This document shows positions 1-9,771 of a stretch of DNA of 64,000 bases, piece after piece. The notes below the pieces were generated by a model. It saw only the letters and a list, made by a program, of their open reading frames with translations, was not told where the DNA came from and ran no database searches. Where the stretch lies: positions 1,780 through 65,779 of IMG/VR virus record IMGVR_UViG_3300014656_003390. The stretch is one strand, 5' to 3'. This DNA is from a virus (taxonomy: Duplodnaviria; Caudoviricetes). Both the position numbers and the translations under genes were made by a program. How positions within the stretch are numbered: the first letter of the stretch is position 1; each line of letters begins with the position of its first letter.

Positions 1-109
1 TAAGATTGGAGTGATTATGGTCGATAATGATAAACAAATGGCTTATATCATTCGTAGAATAGTGGATAGATGTGGTTTAGAAGGGCAAGAAGGAGCAATT
101 GTAGAATAG
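1..109 (+). CDS. 3' end of a truncated hypothetical gene
   Basis: Open frame from nt 2 (KIGVIMVDND...EGAIVE) ending at TAG 107-109. Confidence 0.4.
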   Translation, partial: KIGVIMVDNDKQMAYIIRRIVDRCGLEGQEGAIVE

Positions 110-283
110 ACTAATATAATTATGGTTAAAAACGAAAACTTAAATTTGATGGGCTTACAAGTGAATTTGAATGTACTAAAATAATTTAAATGGTATTTTT
201 GATTATATATAGCAAATTATATAATATATAAGTTAATATTTATAAATAATATATTCAGTTATATATTTAGTTTATAGTAAGTT

Positions 284-505
284 ATGGAAAAAGATGAGTT
301 TAAGTTTAAGGGCATAACAATTAGGCAAGACCAAATTGAATTTATTGATAGTATTAAGGCATTAGGTGGTAAGTTTAATTTATCTAAGTTTGTTCAAGTG
401 AAGATAGATGATTGGATTAAGTTTATGAAAGAGACACAAGCATTTACAAAGGAGGTTGAAGTCAATGAAGTTAATAAGGTTAATGAAGTTAGACAGAGAA
501 ATTAG
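284..505 (+). CDS. Ribbon-helix-helix (CopG/Arc-like) DNA-binding protein
   Basis: Beta-strand KGITIR, helix, then NLSKFVQ, as in small RHH regulators of archaeal viruses. Confidence 0.55.
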   Translation: MEKDEFKFKGITIRQDQIEFIDSIKALGGKFNLSKFVQVKIDDWIKFMKETQAFTKEVEVNEVNKVNEVRQRN

Positions 506-507
506 AG

Positions 508-852
508 ATGGTAAAATCAAATAGAAGACCTTTGAGTAAAGTTGAAGTGAATATTAATCAGAAGCAAATTGAGAATATTGAAAAAAGAAATATGTGGTTG
601 AGTTTTCAAGTTGAATATTATGATTTGATGTTGAATAAAGGATTGGAACAGAATTATTTAAAGACAATTAGAGAATATAAGGAAATTAGAAAAGGTTTTG
701 ATGATGAATTGAAATTAAATGAGAGAGTTGTAAAGGAATTGGGAATACAAATTGCTGATGGTGTAGAGATTAAGAATGTTGTAGAAGTAAAAAAGAAAAC
801 TATTGAAGAAATTGAAGATAATAAAGAGAGAGATAGAAGTTATATAGGATAG
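508..852 (+). CDS. Hypothetical coiled-coil protein
   Basis: ORF in operon context, no recognised motif. Confidence 0.6.
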   Translation: MVKSNRRPLSKVEVNINQKQIENIEKRNMWLSFQVEYYDLMLNKGLEQNYLKTIREYKEIRKGFDDELKLNERVVKELGIQIADGVEIKNVVEVKKKTIEEIEDNKERDRSYIG

Positions 853-925
853 TGAAGTGTTTATGAAGTGTTTATGAGGTGTTTATGAAGTGTTTATGAG
901 ATGATGAGGTGTTTATGAGGTTATG
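853..925. repeat. Intergenic 11-bp tandem repeat TGA(A/G)GTGTTTA, ~5 copies plus degenerate units
   Basis: Units at 853, 864, 875, 886 and 905, without unique spacers. Confidence 0.9.
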
Positions 926-979
926 AGGATAAAAGAAATAATGATAGATAATGGTGAAAGGAGGAATTAAAAAAATATA

Positions 980-1420
980 ATGGAAACAAATATTGAAAGA
1001 CCACAATCAGTTGTTGAAAGGTCTGATTTTATTTTGCTTGGAACAAAAACAATTTTTGATATATTTAATGCTAAATTAGCAAGTAAAGCTCAAGAATATG
1101 TAAAGAAAAGATTACCATTTGATGAACCTTGTGCGAGATTAGATTTTAGAGATAAGATAGAAAATATGCAAAAGGAAAGTCAAAGAATTTATGGATTTGT
1201 TAATGAGAATTTAAAGTTAGATATAAGCGATTTGGATAAATATGGAAAAGAGAGTAGATTTGATTTGATTGAAGACCAAGAAAATAAAGAAGATATTTTA
1301 GTAAATGGTTTAAGAACAAGTGTTATATCTGGACATACCTTGAGTTATAAATGTAAAGATAGAGGACATGGTATTGCTGTTTATATACCAATTGAAGAAT
1401 ATAAAGCGAGGAAGAAATAA
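980..1420 (+). CDS. Hypothetical protein
   Basis: 146-aa ORF preceded by TGAAAGGAGG (955-964). Confidence 0.7.
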   Translation: METNIERPQSVVERSDFILLGTKTIFDIFNAKLASKAQEYVKKRLPFDEPCARLDFRDKIENMQKESQRIYGFVNENLKLDISDLDKYGKESRFDLIEDQENKEDILVNGLRTSVISGHTLSYKCKDRGHGIAVYIPIEEYKARKK

Positions 1421-1454
1421 TTGATATTAATTTTATATTAATTATATAATAAAA

Positions 1455-1874
1455 ATGTCAAATCCTGATATAAAGAATTATGGGTTTGGGACTTCTGGAA
1501 GAACCAAAGAATATGATGACGAAGTTCGAAAACAAGGACAAGAAGCAAGAAAAGAAAAGGCAAGAATTTGGACTAAGGAAAAGTGTATTGAAGAATTAGA
1601 TGATATTCTTCAATGTTTTAAACGAATTTTACGCGAAGACGAAAAGCTTAATAAAGATAATCCTGGAAAATTAAAACAAGAAAGTATTAGAGATTTAAAT
1701 TCAATGATGAATAGACTTTTAGATTTTATGAAATATTTATATCCTGTACCACAAACTAATGTTAATGTAAATGTTGAAACAACAGTAGAAAATGTTATTC
1801 AACGTTTAAAGAATTATAAACAAAGTCAAGTTATAACAGAAGTTATTCCATCAGAGATTATGGAGAAGATATAA
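1455..1874 (+). CDS. Probable terminase small subunit
   Basis: Size, helical character and position upstream of TerL; preceded by the ATTATATAAT motif. Confidence 0.5.
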   Translation: MSNPDIKNYGFGTSGRTKEYDDEVRKQGQEARKEKARIWTKEKCIEELDDILQCFKRILREDEKLNKDNPGKLKQESIRDLNSMMNRLLDFMKYLYPVPQTNVNVNVETTVENVIQRLKNYKQSQVITEVIPSEIMEKI

Positions 1875-2446
1875 TGAGAATATATAGTAAAGAAAGAAAT
1901 AAAAAAATTAGCAATACAATTAAAAGAAGAATAAATGAAGGAAAAATACATCCATTTAAAAAAGGAAATTCTCCTTGGAATAAAAATAAAAAAGGATATA
2001 AGTTTTCAGAAAAAGCAAAAATAAATATATCAAATGGGCATAAAGGACATATAGTTTCTGAAAACACCAGAAAAAAAATAAGTTTATCCAATAAGGGGAA
2101 AAAAAGAACAAAAGAACAAATAGAAAAAATTAGTAAATCACATATAGGATTAAAACAAAACGAAGAAACAATTAAAAAAAGAATAAAAAAAGGTAAAGAA
2201 CATTATAATTGGAAAGGAGGAATTTCTTTAGAACCTTATACTACAGATTGGACAAACACTTTAAAAAGAGCCATAAGAGAAAGAGATAAATATATTTGTC
2301 AAATTTGTAATAAATATGGTTGGTGTATACATCATATAGATTATAATAAGAAGAACTGTAATTCAGATAATTTGATAACATTATGTAAAAGTTGTCATGC
2401 TAAAACTAATTTTAATAGAAATTATTGGAAAAATGTATTTAAATAA
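1874..2446 (+). CDS. HNH homing endonuclease with NUMOD3-like repeats
   Basis: SENTRKKISLSNKGKKRTKE repeats; RDKYICQIC...IHHIDYNKKN...NLITLCKSCH HNH motif. Confidence 0.85.
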   Translation: MRIYSKERNKKISNTIKRRINEGKIHPFKKGNSPWNKNKKGYKFSEKAKINISNGHKGHIVSENTRKKISLSNKGKKRTKEQIEKISKSHIGLKQNEETIKKRIKKGKEHYNWKGGISLEPYTTDWTNTLKRAIRERDKYICQICNKYGWCIHHIDYNKKNCNSDNLITLCKSCHAKTNFNRNYWKNVFK

Positions 2447-2678
2447 AGAAGATTATAAAGAATATCTGTGTTCAGAAGATTGGCAAGAAAGAAGAAAATT
2501 GTTAATGGAAGAAACAGATTGGACATGTTGTGAGTGTGGTGCAAAAGCAACGCAACTTCATCATTTGAGTTATGAGAATTTAGGTGAAGAGGAATTAGAT
2601 ATAGATGTTGTTGCATTGTGCAGTCATTGTCATAAAGAAATTCATCATAAGGATGAGGATGATTATGGCGAATGGTAG
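2433..2678 (+). CDS. Small HNH endonuclease (possible packaging-associated, HK97 gp74-like)
   Basis: CCECG...QLHHLSY...VALCSHCH; directly upstream of TerL; ATG at 2433. Confidence 0.75.
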   Translation: MYLNKEDYKEYLCSEDWQERRKLLMEETDWTCCECGAKATQLHHLSYENLGEEELDIDVVALCSHCHKEIHHKDEDDYGEW

Positions 2679-4002
2679 AGAAGTATTAATGGAATTATCT
2701 GTCGAAGATTTCTATGACCCAGTTGGGTTTCAAGTTGCTTATTTGAATCAGATACCACATAAGAAACAGATTGAGGTTTTAAGAAGTAAGAATAAAAATA
2801 AAATTGTTGTTTGTGGCAGAAGAAGTGGAAAGAGTCAGATGATTGCTGGTGAATTAATAAGAGGAGGAGTTTTACAATTATTTCCAAAACAAATTCTTAT
2901 AACACCACAATATAAGCAATGTATGATTATTTTTGATAAGATTGTTGAACTCACTGCTAAGTCTAAAACAGATTGTGATATAGAAAAAGTTATTCATTCT
3001 CCTTATCCTAAAATTATTTGGAAGAACGGCAGTTTTATTGATTTTGCTTCTGCTGATAATCCAAATAGTTTGAGAGGAGATGCTTATGATAGAGTGTTTA
3101 AAGATGAAAGTGCTTTTATTAAAAAAGGAGCAGATAATGCTATTAAACCTTTGACTTATGATAAAGGTGCACCAGTTTGGGAAACAACAACTCCTTGGGG
3201 AAAAGGTGATGTTTGGGAAAAATGGGATAGAGGAAAGAAAGGTGATGAAGATTATGGTTGTTTTCATTATAATTATAAAGATAATCCTTATTTGAATGCA
3301 GAAGGAGTAGCAGAGATTGAAAAGGATATAATTGAATATGGAGAAGATAGTTTATATGTTCAGTGTGAAATATATGGTAACTTTGTAGAGGATAGAGATT
3401 GTTATTTTAGTAGAGAGTTAGTTGAAAGTTGTACTGAAGAATATAATATTCCTGAAGAACCAAATATAAGATACGATTATGGATTGGGTAATGATATTGC
3501 AGGAGAAGGTGAAGATGAAAGTGTTTTTATAAGTGTTTTGAGTTGTGGTGGCAAATACAGAGTGGTTAGTATTGATAACTATGAGAAGAATAAACCAAGA
3601 GAAGTTGTTGGTAAAGATATAGAGTTATATCAGAAATATAAGTTTATTAAAATATGTCTTGATAAAACAGGAATGGGTGATGGACCTACAGATTGGTTAA
3701 AAGAAGAGTTAGATAAGATTGGAGTTTGTGGAGATAGTATAGTTGAAGGAATTAGATTTACAATTCAAAGCAAAATGGATATGTATAGTAATTTAAAGAA
3801 AATTATGGGACAGGGAAAATTGAAGATACCTAAACATAAGAAATTGGTTTATCAGCTTTTAGATTTAAGATATGAGATTATGAGTAATGGTGGAATAAAG
3901 ATACATCATAGTGCCAATAAACACGATGATTATCCTGATGCATTAGCATTGGCATGTTGGGCATGTAAAGATGAAGATAATTATTGTCCAATGTTAGGAT
4001 AA
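2665..4002 (+). CDS. terL: Terminase large subunit
   Basis: Walker A CGRRSGKS, Walker B VFKDESAF, TTPWG coupling motif, RNase H-like C-terminus HDDYPDALALA. Confidence 0.95.
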   Translation: MANGREVLMELSVEDFYDPVGFQVAYLNQIPHKKQIEVLRSKNKNKIVVCGRRSGKSQMIAGELIRGGVLQLFPKQILITPQYKQCMIIFDKIVELTAKSKTDCDIEKVIHSPYPKIIWKNGSFIDFASADNPNSLRGDAYDRVFKDESAFIKKGADNAIKPLTYDKGAPVWETTTPWGKGDVWEKWDRGKKGDEDYGCFHYNYKDNPYLNAEGVAEIEKDIIEYGEDSLYVQCEIYGNFVEDRDCYFSRELVESCTEEYNIPEEPNIRYDYGLGNDIAGEGEDESVFISVLSCGGKYRVVSIDNYEKNKPREVVGKDIELYQKYKFIKICLDKTGMGDGPTDWLKEELDKIGVCGDSIVEGIRFTIQSKMDMYSNLKKIMGQGKLKIPKHKKLVYQLLDLRYEIMSNGGIKIHHSANKHDDYPDALALACWACKDEDNYCPMLG

Positions 4003-4010
4003 TTAAATAA

Positions 4011-4051
4011 TATTAATTATATAATTTAAACATTTATATTTAAAAATAAAT
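4011..4051 (+). promoter_or_regulatory. Conserved late-promoter element, copy 1 (41 bp identical to 8238-8278)
   Basis: TATTAATTATATAATTTAAACATTTATATTTAAAAATAAAT: palindrome ATTATATAAT plus TATA-like TTTATAT. Confidence 0.7.
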
Positions 4052-4146
4052 ATTTTTATAATTAATTATTCATGAAGATTTTAATATGAAGTATAAACAA
4101 ACAAAGGAACGCAAATTAGAATGTTCTTTTCTAAGAATAAAAGATT

Positions 4147-7047
4147 ATGATTAAACTTCCTTGGAGCAAAAGAGTGAATGAGAATAGTAGTATTGTAAAT
4201 TTTGATTATAAACCTACAATATCTAATGATATTAAAGAATTTGTTGATAGTATATCTGAAAAGTTTAAAGGTGCTGTAGAGAAAAAAGATGTTAAATTTC
4301 CTAATGAATTAGGTGAAGAACATCCATTTGATTTTAAGCAGATGGAAGAGTTATGTAAGAGATGTGGATTGTATGGTGCTGTTCTTGATAAGTATAATGA
4401 TTTTATTTGGGGGTCTGGTTTTTATATAACTTGTGAAGATGAGAGAGCAAAAACAATTATTGAAGATTTTATAGAAGATGTTGATTTACCTACATGTGGA
4501 AGAGCTTGGACTAAAGAAGCATTGAATAAAGGAAGTGGATTCTTAGAACTTGGTGGAAGTATGAAAGAGGGAATTAAAGGAGTTAAGGTTCTGAATGCTA
4601 ATAATATGTATGTAAAACGAACTGATACTGGCGACATTCTTGGTTATAATCAGTATGTTGGGGGATTTAAGAATTTTAATATGGATAAACTTGTTAGAGA
4701 TAAAAAAGTTATTCCATTTGATAATGAACAAATTGCACATTTAGCATTTAATATTATTGGGGATTGTGCATATGGTTTAGGTCTTGGATATCCTGCAATG
4801 AGAGATATGGATAATTTATTAACGAATGAAAATGATATGCATAAGATTTATCATAGAAAAGCAAATAGTCCTCTTCATGCAAAATTGGGATATGTCGATG
4901 GTAATACTAAGATATTACCAAAAGAAAGCGATGTAATAAATTATGGTCAGAAGATGGAAATTATGGATAATAGAACTAATTGGGCAACAGATGCTCTTGT
5001 TGAATTGAAAGTTGTTGATTTTGGAAACATTGGAGATAAATTTAGCGTAGTTCTTGAACATGATATGCAGAAATTACTTTATGACTTTCAGATACCACCA
5101 GAATTGATGGGAATGGCTAATATTCCAGAAGGATTAGCTCGTGTTCGTATGGAAGCATTTCAAAAAAGAATACAATCAATGCAAAGTGAAATAGAAAAGA
5201 TTATAGAACAAAAAATATTTCGTCGTGTATTAATGGCTAATGGATTAGATGTTCATGTAGAATTTGAATGGGGGACACCATCAATTCTTGAAGTAGAAGG
5301 AAGATTAAAATTAATTACTGATATGATTAAGTCTCCAACTGTATCTATGCCAATGAGAGAGATATTAGAAGACGAATTAATAAATCAGCTAAAATTAGAT
5401 AAAGATACTTGGGAACAATTAAAAACGAAAGATGAAGAAGCAAGAGCAAGAGAAGAACAAAGAGCACAACCATTAGTGCCAGGACAGAATAAAGGATTTC
5501 CACAAAAGCCAATATCTAAAGCAGAACAACCTAAACAATCATCACCAAAAGAAATATTAGATGGATTTATAGAAGTATTGATGAAGCAAGAAGAAAAAAG
5601 GAATGAGCAGTGGATTAAGCAACAAGAAATTGATAAAAATAATTTAATTAAGAGAAAGGAAACAGATAATGAACTTATGAAATCTATGATAACTCAAATG
5701 ATGCAAGTTGCACAAGAAAAAGAAATAAAGATTAGAGAAGAGCAAAAAATAGATAGTATTAGTGGTACTAATAGTGAAAAGAAAAAGCAGAATAAAGTAA
5801 GAAGAATATTTAATAAGAAGAATGGGGTGTTGAAGAACGGGTTATTGCCTAAATTTAAGATAACAAGAAAGACAGAGTCTGTTAAAAATATTGATAGATT
5901 AAATAATGATATGCATAATGATATGAATAATGATATGAATAATGATATTAAAGTAATTGAAAATATTGAGAAGGTAGTTAAAAAAGAGAAAGAAGTAAAG
6001 TATATTAATAAAAACTATGAGCATATGAAAGAGTGTAAACATTGTCAAGAGAATTGGGATAATGTAAATGATATTGAAGAATGGTTAGGGTTTAAATATA
6101 AGGATTATATAAATCAAATTTTGAGCAAAGTAAAAAGTTATGATTTTAATCAAATTAAAGCAACGACAGAAGCAGAGAGAGTAGCTGGGTATTTATCTGA
6201 TAAACAAATTGATGAATTAAGAGCAATATTAGAAAATGGATTTAAGAAAGGTTTGAGTATGAAAGATATGGCAAAGGATATTGATAAGAAACTTGAATTA
6301 AAAGATTTATATCGAATGAATGAAGAAGGAGATATAAAGAAAGGTGCAAGTGGATTGCCAATATTACAGAAGACAAAAGAAAACAGAAGTATTGGAATTG
6401 TAAGAAGTGAAGTAACAAGGTTAGCTAATCAAGGAGCAGTTGAATACTATAAGGAAAATGGTATTAGTAAAATAAAATGGGTTGCATCATTCGGTGATAG
6501 AACATGTCCAGAGTGTGAAGCATTGAATGGACAGATATATGATATTGGTGAACAAGAAGAAATGCCTTTGCATCCGATGTGTAGATGCACTTATAGTCCA
6601 GTTGTGGATTTATATGGAGCAAAAGTAAAAGGACCTTCCGAAGAAATTGAATGGAAATCAGAAATGGTTGAGAGCGATGCAAATAAATTTATAAAAAACA
6701 GTGTTATAAAAGAAGATTTATATCATGGTTCAACACCTGAAAACATCAAAAATATAAAAAAATTAGGATTTAATGATGCTAATAAAGCTGGAACTTATTT
6801 ATCTAATTCAAAAAAATATAGTGAAACATATATTAAAGACAGAGGAGTTGGAGAAATTATTAAAGTAAAAGTAAATGCAAAAAAAGTTTATGATTTAACA
6901 TCTAATGATAAATCATGGCCAGATATAATAAAATTAAAAAAAGAAGGATATGAAGCATTAAAATATGAAGGTGCAACACTAGATTCTGGAGAAAAAGTAA
7001 TGTTTTATCAAATATTTAATAAAAAATCAATGGTGGTAATAAAATGA
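4147..7047 (+). CDS. Portal protein fused to MuF (SPP1 gp7-like) domain and a C-terminal ART-like domain
   Basis: Portal-like N-terminus after TerL; MuF motifs IVRSEVTR, DRTCPEC, PLHPMCRC; C-terminal LYHGS...GTYLS...GYEAL. Confidence 0.8.
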   Translation: MIKLPWSKRVNENSSIVNFDYKPTISNDIKEFVDSISEKFKGAVEKKDVKFPNELGEEHPFDFKQMEELCKRCGLYGAVLDKYNDFIWGSGFYITCEDERAKTIIEDFIEDVDLPTCGRAWTKEALNKGSGFLELGGSMKEGIKGVKVLNANNMYVKRTDTGDILGYNQYVGGFKNFNMDKLVRDKKVIPFDNEQIAHLAFNIIGDCAYGLGLGYPAMRDMDNLLTNENDMHKIYHRKANSPLHAKLGYVDGNTKILPKESDVINYGQKMEIMDNRTNWATDALVELKVVDFGNIGDKFSVVLEHDMQKLLYDFQIPPELMGMANIPEGLARVRMEAFQKRIQSMQSEIEKIIEQKIFRRVLMANGLDVHVEFEWGTPSILEVEGRLKLITDMIKSPTVSMPMREILEDELINQLKLDKDTWEQLKTKDEEARAREEQRAQPLVPGQNKGFPQKPISKAEQPKQSSPKEILDGFIEVLMKQEEKRNEQWIKQQEIDKNNLIKRKETDNELMKSMITQMMQVAQEKEIKIREEQKIDSISGTNSEKKKQNKVRRIFNKKNGVLKNGLLPKFKITRKTESVKNIDRLNNDMHNDMNNDMNNDIKVIENIEKVVKKEKEVKYINKNYEHMKECKHCQENWDNVNDIEEWLGFKYKDYINQILSKVKSYDFNQIKATTEAERVAGYLSDKQIDELRAILENGFKKGLSMKDMAKDIDKKLELKDLYRMNEEGDIKKGASGLPILQKTKENRSIGIVRSEVTRLANQGAVEYYKENGISKIKWVASFGDRTCPECEALNGQIYDIGEQEEMPLHPMCRCTYSPVVDLYGAKVKGPSEEIEWKSEMVESDANKFIKNSVIKEDLYHGSTPENIKNIKKLGFNDANKAGTYLSNSKKYSETYIKDRGVGEIIKVKVNAKKVYDLTSNDKSWPDIIKLKKEGYEALKYEGATLDSGEKVMFYQIFNKKSMVVIK

Positions 7048-7205
7048 CAATAATGTTTGATTTAATTTGTAAAGATTTTAAAATAAATAAAGAAGATAAA
7101 GAAATATTATTAAAAATGATATTAGATATAAATAATATTAATGAAATTATTTTTAAAATTACATTTTATTTTAATGAATTAAAAAATAAAGTGGAGATTA
7201 AATAA
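7044..7205 (+). CDS. Small protein (53 aa) translationally coupled to the portal-MuF-ART gene
   Basis: ATGA overlap at 7044-7047; MTIMFDLICKDF...KVEIK; not in the supplied track. Confidence 0.5.
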   Translation: MTIMFDLICKDFKINKEDKEILLKMILDINNINEIIFKITFYFNELKNKVEIK

Positions 7206-7448
7206 ATGGTAAATAAAATAATTGATAGAACAGGACATACTTGTATAGATTTAGAAAATTTACTAAAGGATGAAAGAGAAGTTATAGAAGGACATATAGA
7301 CGAACACAAATGGTTTCACCACATTTCAAATAAAGAAGATGGGATAAAAGATTTTATTCAAGAGTATGGATGGATTATGAAAGAGATGTATTGTAAGTAT
7401 GTGTGTAAGAATAAATGTTTATATGAATATAAAGGAGAAAGCAAATGA
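7206..7448 (+). CDS. Hypothetical protein
   Basis: Tightly packed ORF; HIDEHKWF motif. Confidence 0.65.
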   Translation: MVNKIIDRTGHTCIDLENLLKDEREVIEGHIDEHKWFHHISNKEDGIKDFIQEYGWIMKEMYCKYVCKNKCLYEYKGESK

Positions 7449-7594
7449 ATATACCAAAATGTGCAGTTAAGAATTGTGAAGGAAATGGGTTTGTATTGTA
7501 TGGCAGTAATTGGATATGTGGAGATTGTATGTTAAAGATTATGAATAAGGAGACAGAAAAGAAAAATAAAATGGTGGAGGATTTAGAGATATGA
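7445..7594 (+). CDS. Small Zn-finger protein (49 aa)
   Basis: MNIPKCAVKNC...WICGDC; ATGA overlaps at both ends. Confidence 0.6.
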   Translation: MNIPKCAVKNCEGNGFVLYGSNWICGDCMLKIMNKETEKKNKMVEDLEI

Positions 7595-7926
7595 CAATTC
7601 ATTACTGCCCACATTGTAATAAAAGGTATATAGTTAGTTTTGATACTACTGATTATATTCATGAATGCAATTCAGGAAACTTGACATTAGACCAAGACGA
7701 TGTAGTTATTGTTGGTAATTGGGAAGATAGTGATGGAAGTAGTGGAGTTAGGCATCCTCAAGAAGTTATGAGAGCAGGAATGGTTAATGAATTGCAAGGA
7801 AGAAGACCACAAATTGAAGAAGGTAAAGATAAAGAAGCAATAACAAGAAGAGGAGTAAGAGCAAGTACAAGGAGACAAACACAGCATAGTGAATTTATTA
7901 ATTTGAAAAAAGGAGGGCTAGATTAA
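7591..7926 (+). CDS. Hypothetical protein with N-terminal Zn-ribbon
   Basis: HYCPHC...IHEC. Confidence 0.7.
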   Translation: MTIHYCPHCNKRYIVSFDTTDYIHECNSGNLTLDQDDVVIVGNWEDSDGSSGVRHPQEVMRAGMVNELQGRRPQIEEGKDKEAITRRGVRASTRRQTQHSEFINLKKGGLD

Positions 7927-8256
7927 ATGAAAACAAAAGAAGAACTAATAGTTATGAATACAGTAGAATTGATATCATATAGAGATTCAACAGATTTAGA
8001 TGAGGTTGAAAAGAATATAAATTGTATAAACTGTGAAAAGATGGAAGATTGTGAAAGTTGTGAAGGATGTGCCAATTGTGTTAATTGTATAGGTTGCATT
8101 AATTGCAGTAATTGCATTAATTGTAATTATTGTAGAAATCTAAACGATGGAAAAAAGTATAAAGGATATGTATGCAATGTTAAAGTAATAGAAGATGTTG
8201 AAGAGATTGTAGAAATAACAGAAGATGAAATAAGGGATATTAATTATATAATTTAA
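7927..8256 (+). CDS. Cys-rich repeat protein
   Basis: CINCEKMEDCESCEGCANCVNCIGCINCSNCINCNYC, Cys every third residue. Confidence 0.7.
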   Translation: MKTKEELIVMNTVELISYRDSTDLDEVEKNINCINCEKMEDCESCEGCANCVNCIGCINCSNCINCNYCRNLNDGKKYKGYVCNVKVIEDVEEIVEITEDEIRDINYII

Positions 8257-8278
8257 ACATTTATATTTAAAAATAAAT
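8238..8278 (+). promoter_or_regulatory. Conserved late-promoter element, copy 2
   Basis: 41/41 identical to 4011-4051. Confidence 0.7.
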
Positions 8279-8300
8279 TTAATTTAAAAAAAATATTATA

Positions 8301-8654
8301 ATGAATAAGATGGTAGAAGAAGTAAAAAGAGAGGACAAATCAATGAATAATTCAGTAGATAAAGTAGATGTAGTAGATAAAGTAGATGTAGTAAATGAAA
8401 TAGATGTAGTAAATGAAATAGATGATGTAATAGATGATGTAGCAGATGATGTAGCAGATAAAAGAAACGATTTAAATATTCAACAATTTATGAATGATAT
8501 GCAATTGCTTGGTGAACAAGTTAATAGTAGAGAGTTGGTTAAACCAACATTTCATTATGGCGATGCAAGCGTTACCAATTATTTATTGTGGTTAGTATTG
8601 GGTGAATTGATGATGTTAAATAATAAACTGGATGGGAGTATAGAAGCAGAATAA
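8301..8654 (+). CDS. Acidic low-complexity protein
   Basis: VDKVDVVDKVDVVNEIDVVNEIDDV repeats. Confidence 0.65.
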   Translation: MNKMVEEVKREDKSMNNSVDKVDVVDKVDVVNEIDVVNEIDDVIDDVADDVADKRNDLNIQQFMNDMQLLGEQVNSRELVKPTFHYGDASVTNYLLWLVLGELMMLNNKLDGSIEAE

Positions 8655-8655
8655 A

Positions 8656-9771
8656 ATGCCAGAAGTAATTATATCAGCAAGTGGACCACAATATGGATTA
8701 GTTATAAATCCAGATGGAAGTATTAATGCTAATGTTAGTGGAGTAGATATTAGTATTGGTAGTTTAGCATTAAGTCTAGAGAATATTTATATAACAAGTG
8801 GTAATAATTTGCATTTAGGTAGTGCTTGGACAAATATTGGAAGTGTATTGATATCAAATGATTTAGGTTCAACAGCATATATTATAGGAAGCGTAGCAAT
8901 TACAAATATGGGTTCTATATTATTTGGTGGTGGAGTTGGTTCTGTTATGATATCAGGAACATCACAACCAGTGTGGAGAGGAATAGGTTCAGTAATGATT
9001 GGAGCAGGAGTAGGAAGTGTAGTAATTTCAGGTACATCAATACCTCCATTTAGAGGGATTGGTTCTGTTTATATTACAAATTCTTATTTAGGAAGCGAGA
9101 CTTATGTAACTATTTTAAGTGGAACACAATATGCCGACATTATGAATAGAGTTGCAGGTTCTATTGTAAATATGCCAATTGTTGGAGTTAGTGGACAAGT
9201 TGGAATTAGTGGTATCATAGGAGCAACAGTTGGTTCTGTAGCATTATATGATTTAGGGTCTACTGCATGGGTTGTTGGTAGTGTTGCTATAACGAATATT
9301 GGTTCATTTTATTTTGCAGGTGGAACAGGAAGTGTTATGATTTCTGGAACGAGTATTCCTGTATGGAGAGGAATCGGAAGTGTATTACCTACAGGAATTG
9401 GTAGTGTATATGTTGTCGATATAAATAATGATAATGGAATTGTAGATGTTGGTTCACCAAGTTTTAAGAGAGGATTATTAACAGCAAGTGGAACTTATAT
9501 TAATGTTTGGCCAATAGATGGTGTTGGTAGTCGATTAGAGATGCATGGATTTCATATATCAACTAATAGTGCTGGATATGTTAGTCTTTGTAGAAGTGGA
9601 ACTATTCCTGTTGTTATTAGTGATTGGAATTTGAATTATACTTCTGGAGCAACAATAGAAAAGACTTTTGTAAATCCTATTATACCTAATGGAGCTAATG
9701 TTCCTGTCGGTATTGGTGCAACAATTGCTGGAAGCACTATTTGTACTATTTATGGTAGAGAGGTGAAATAA
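8656..9771 (+). CDS. Virion structural protein with Gly/Ser-rich internal repeats
   Basis: Repeated GSVMISGTSxPVWRGIGSV units; beta-strand-rich. Confidence 0.65.
   Translation: MPEVIISASGPQYGLVINPDGSINANVSGVDISIGSLALSLENIYITSGNNLHLGSAWTNIGSVLISNDLGSTAYIIGSVAITNMGSILFGGGVGSVMISGTSQPVWRGIGSVMIGAGVGSVVISGTSIPPFRGIGSVYITNSYLGSETYVTILSGTQYADIMNRVAGSIVNMPIVGVSGQVGISGIIGATVGSVALYDLGSTAWVVGSVAITNIGSFYFAGGTGSVMISGTSIPVWRGIGSVLPTGIGSVYVVDINNDNGIVDVGSPSFKRGLLTASGTYINVWPIDGVGSRLEMHGFHISTNSAGYVSLCRSGTIPVVISDWNLNYTSGATIEKTFVNPIIPNGANVPVGIGATIAGSTICTIYGREVK

Noticed and set aside
853-925. Possible mini-CRISPR array
   Set aside because: Units are directly adjacent, with no unique spacers
2605-2664. Upstream TTG start for TerL given in the track
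   Set aside because: It overlaps the HNH gene; ATG 2665 preceded by GAGGA is more plausible
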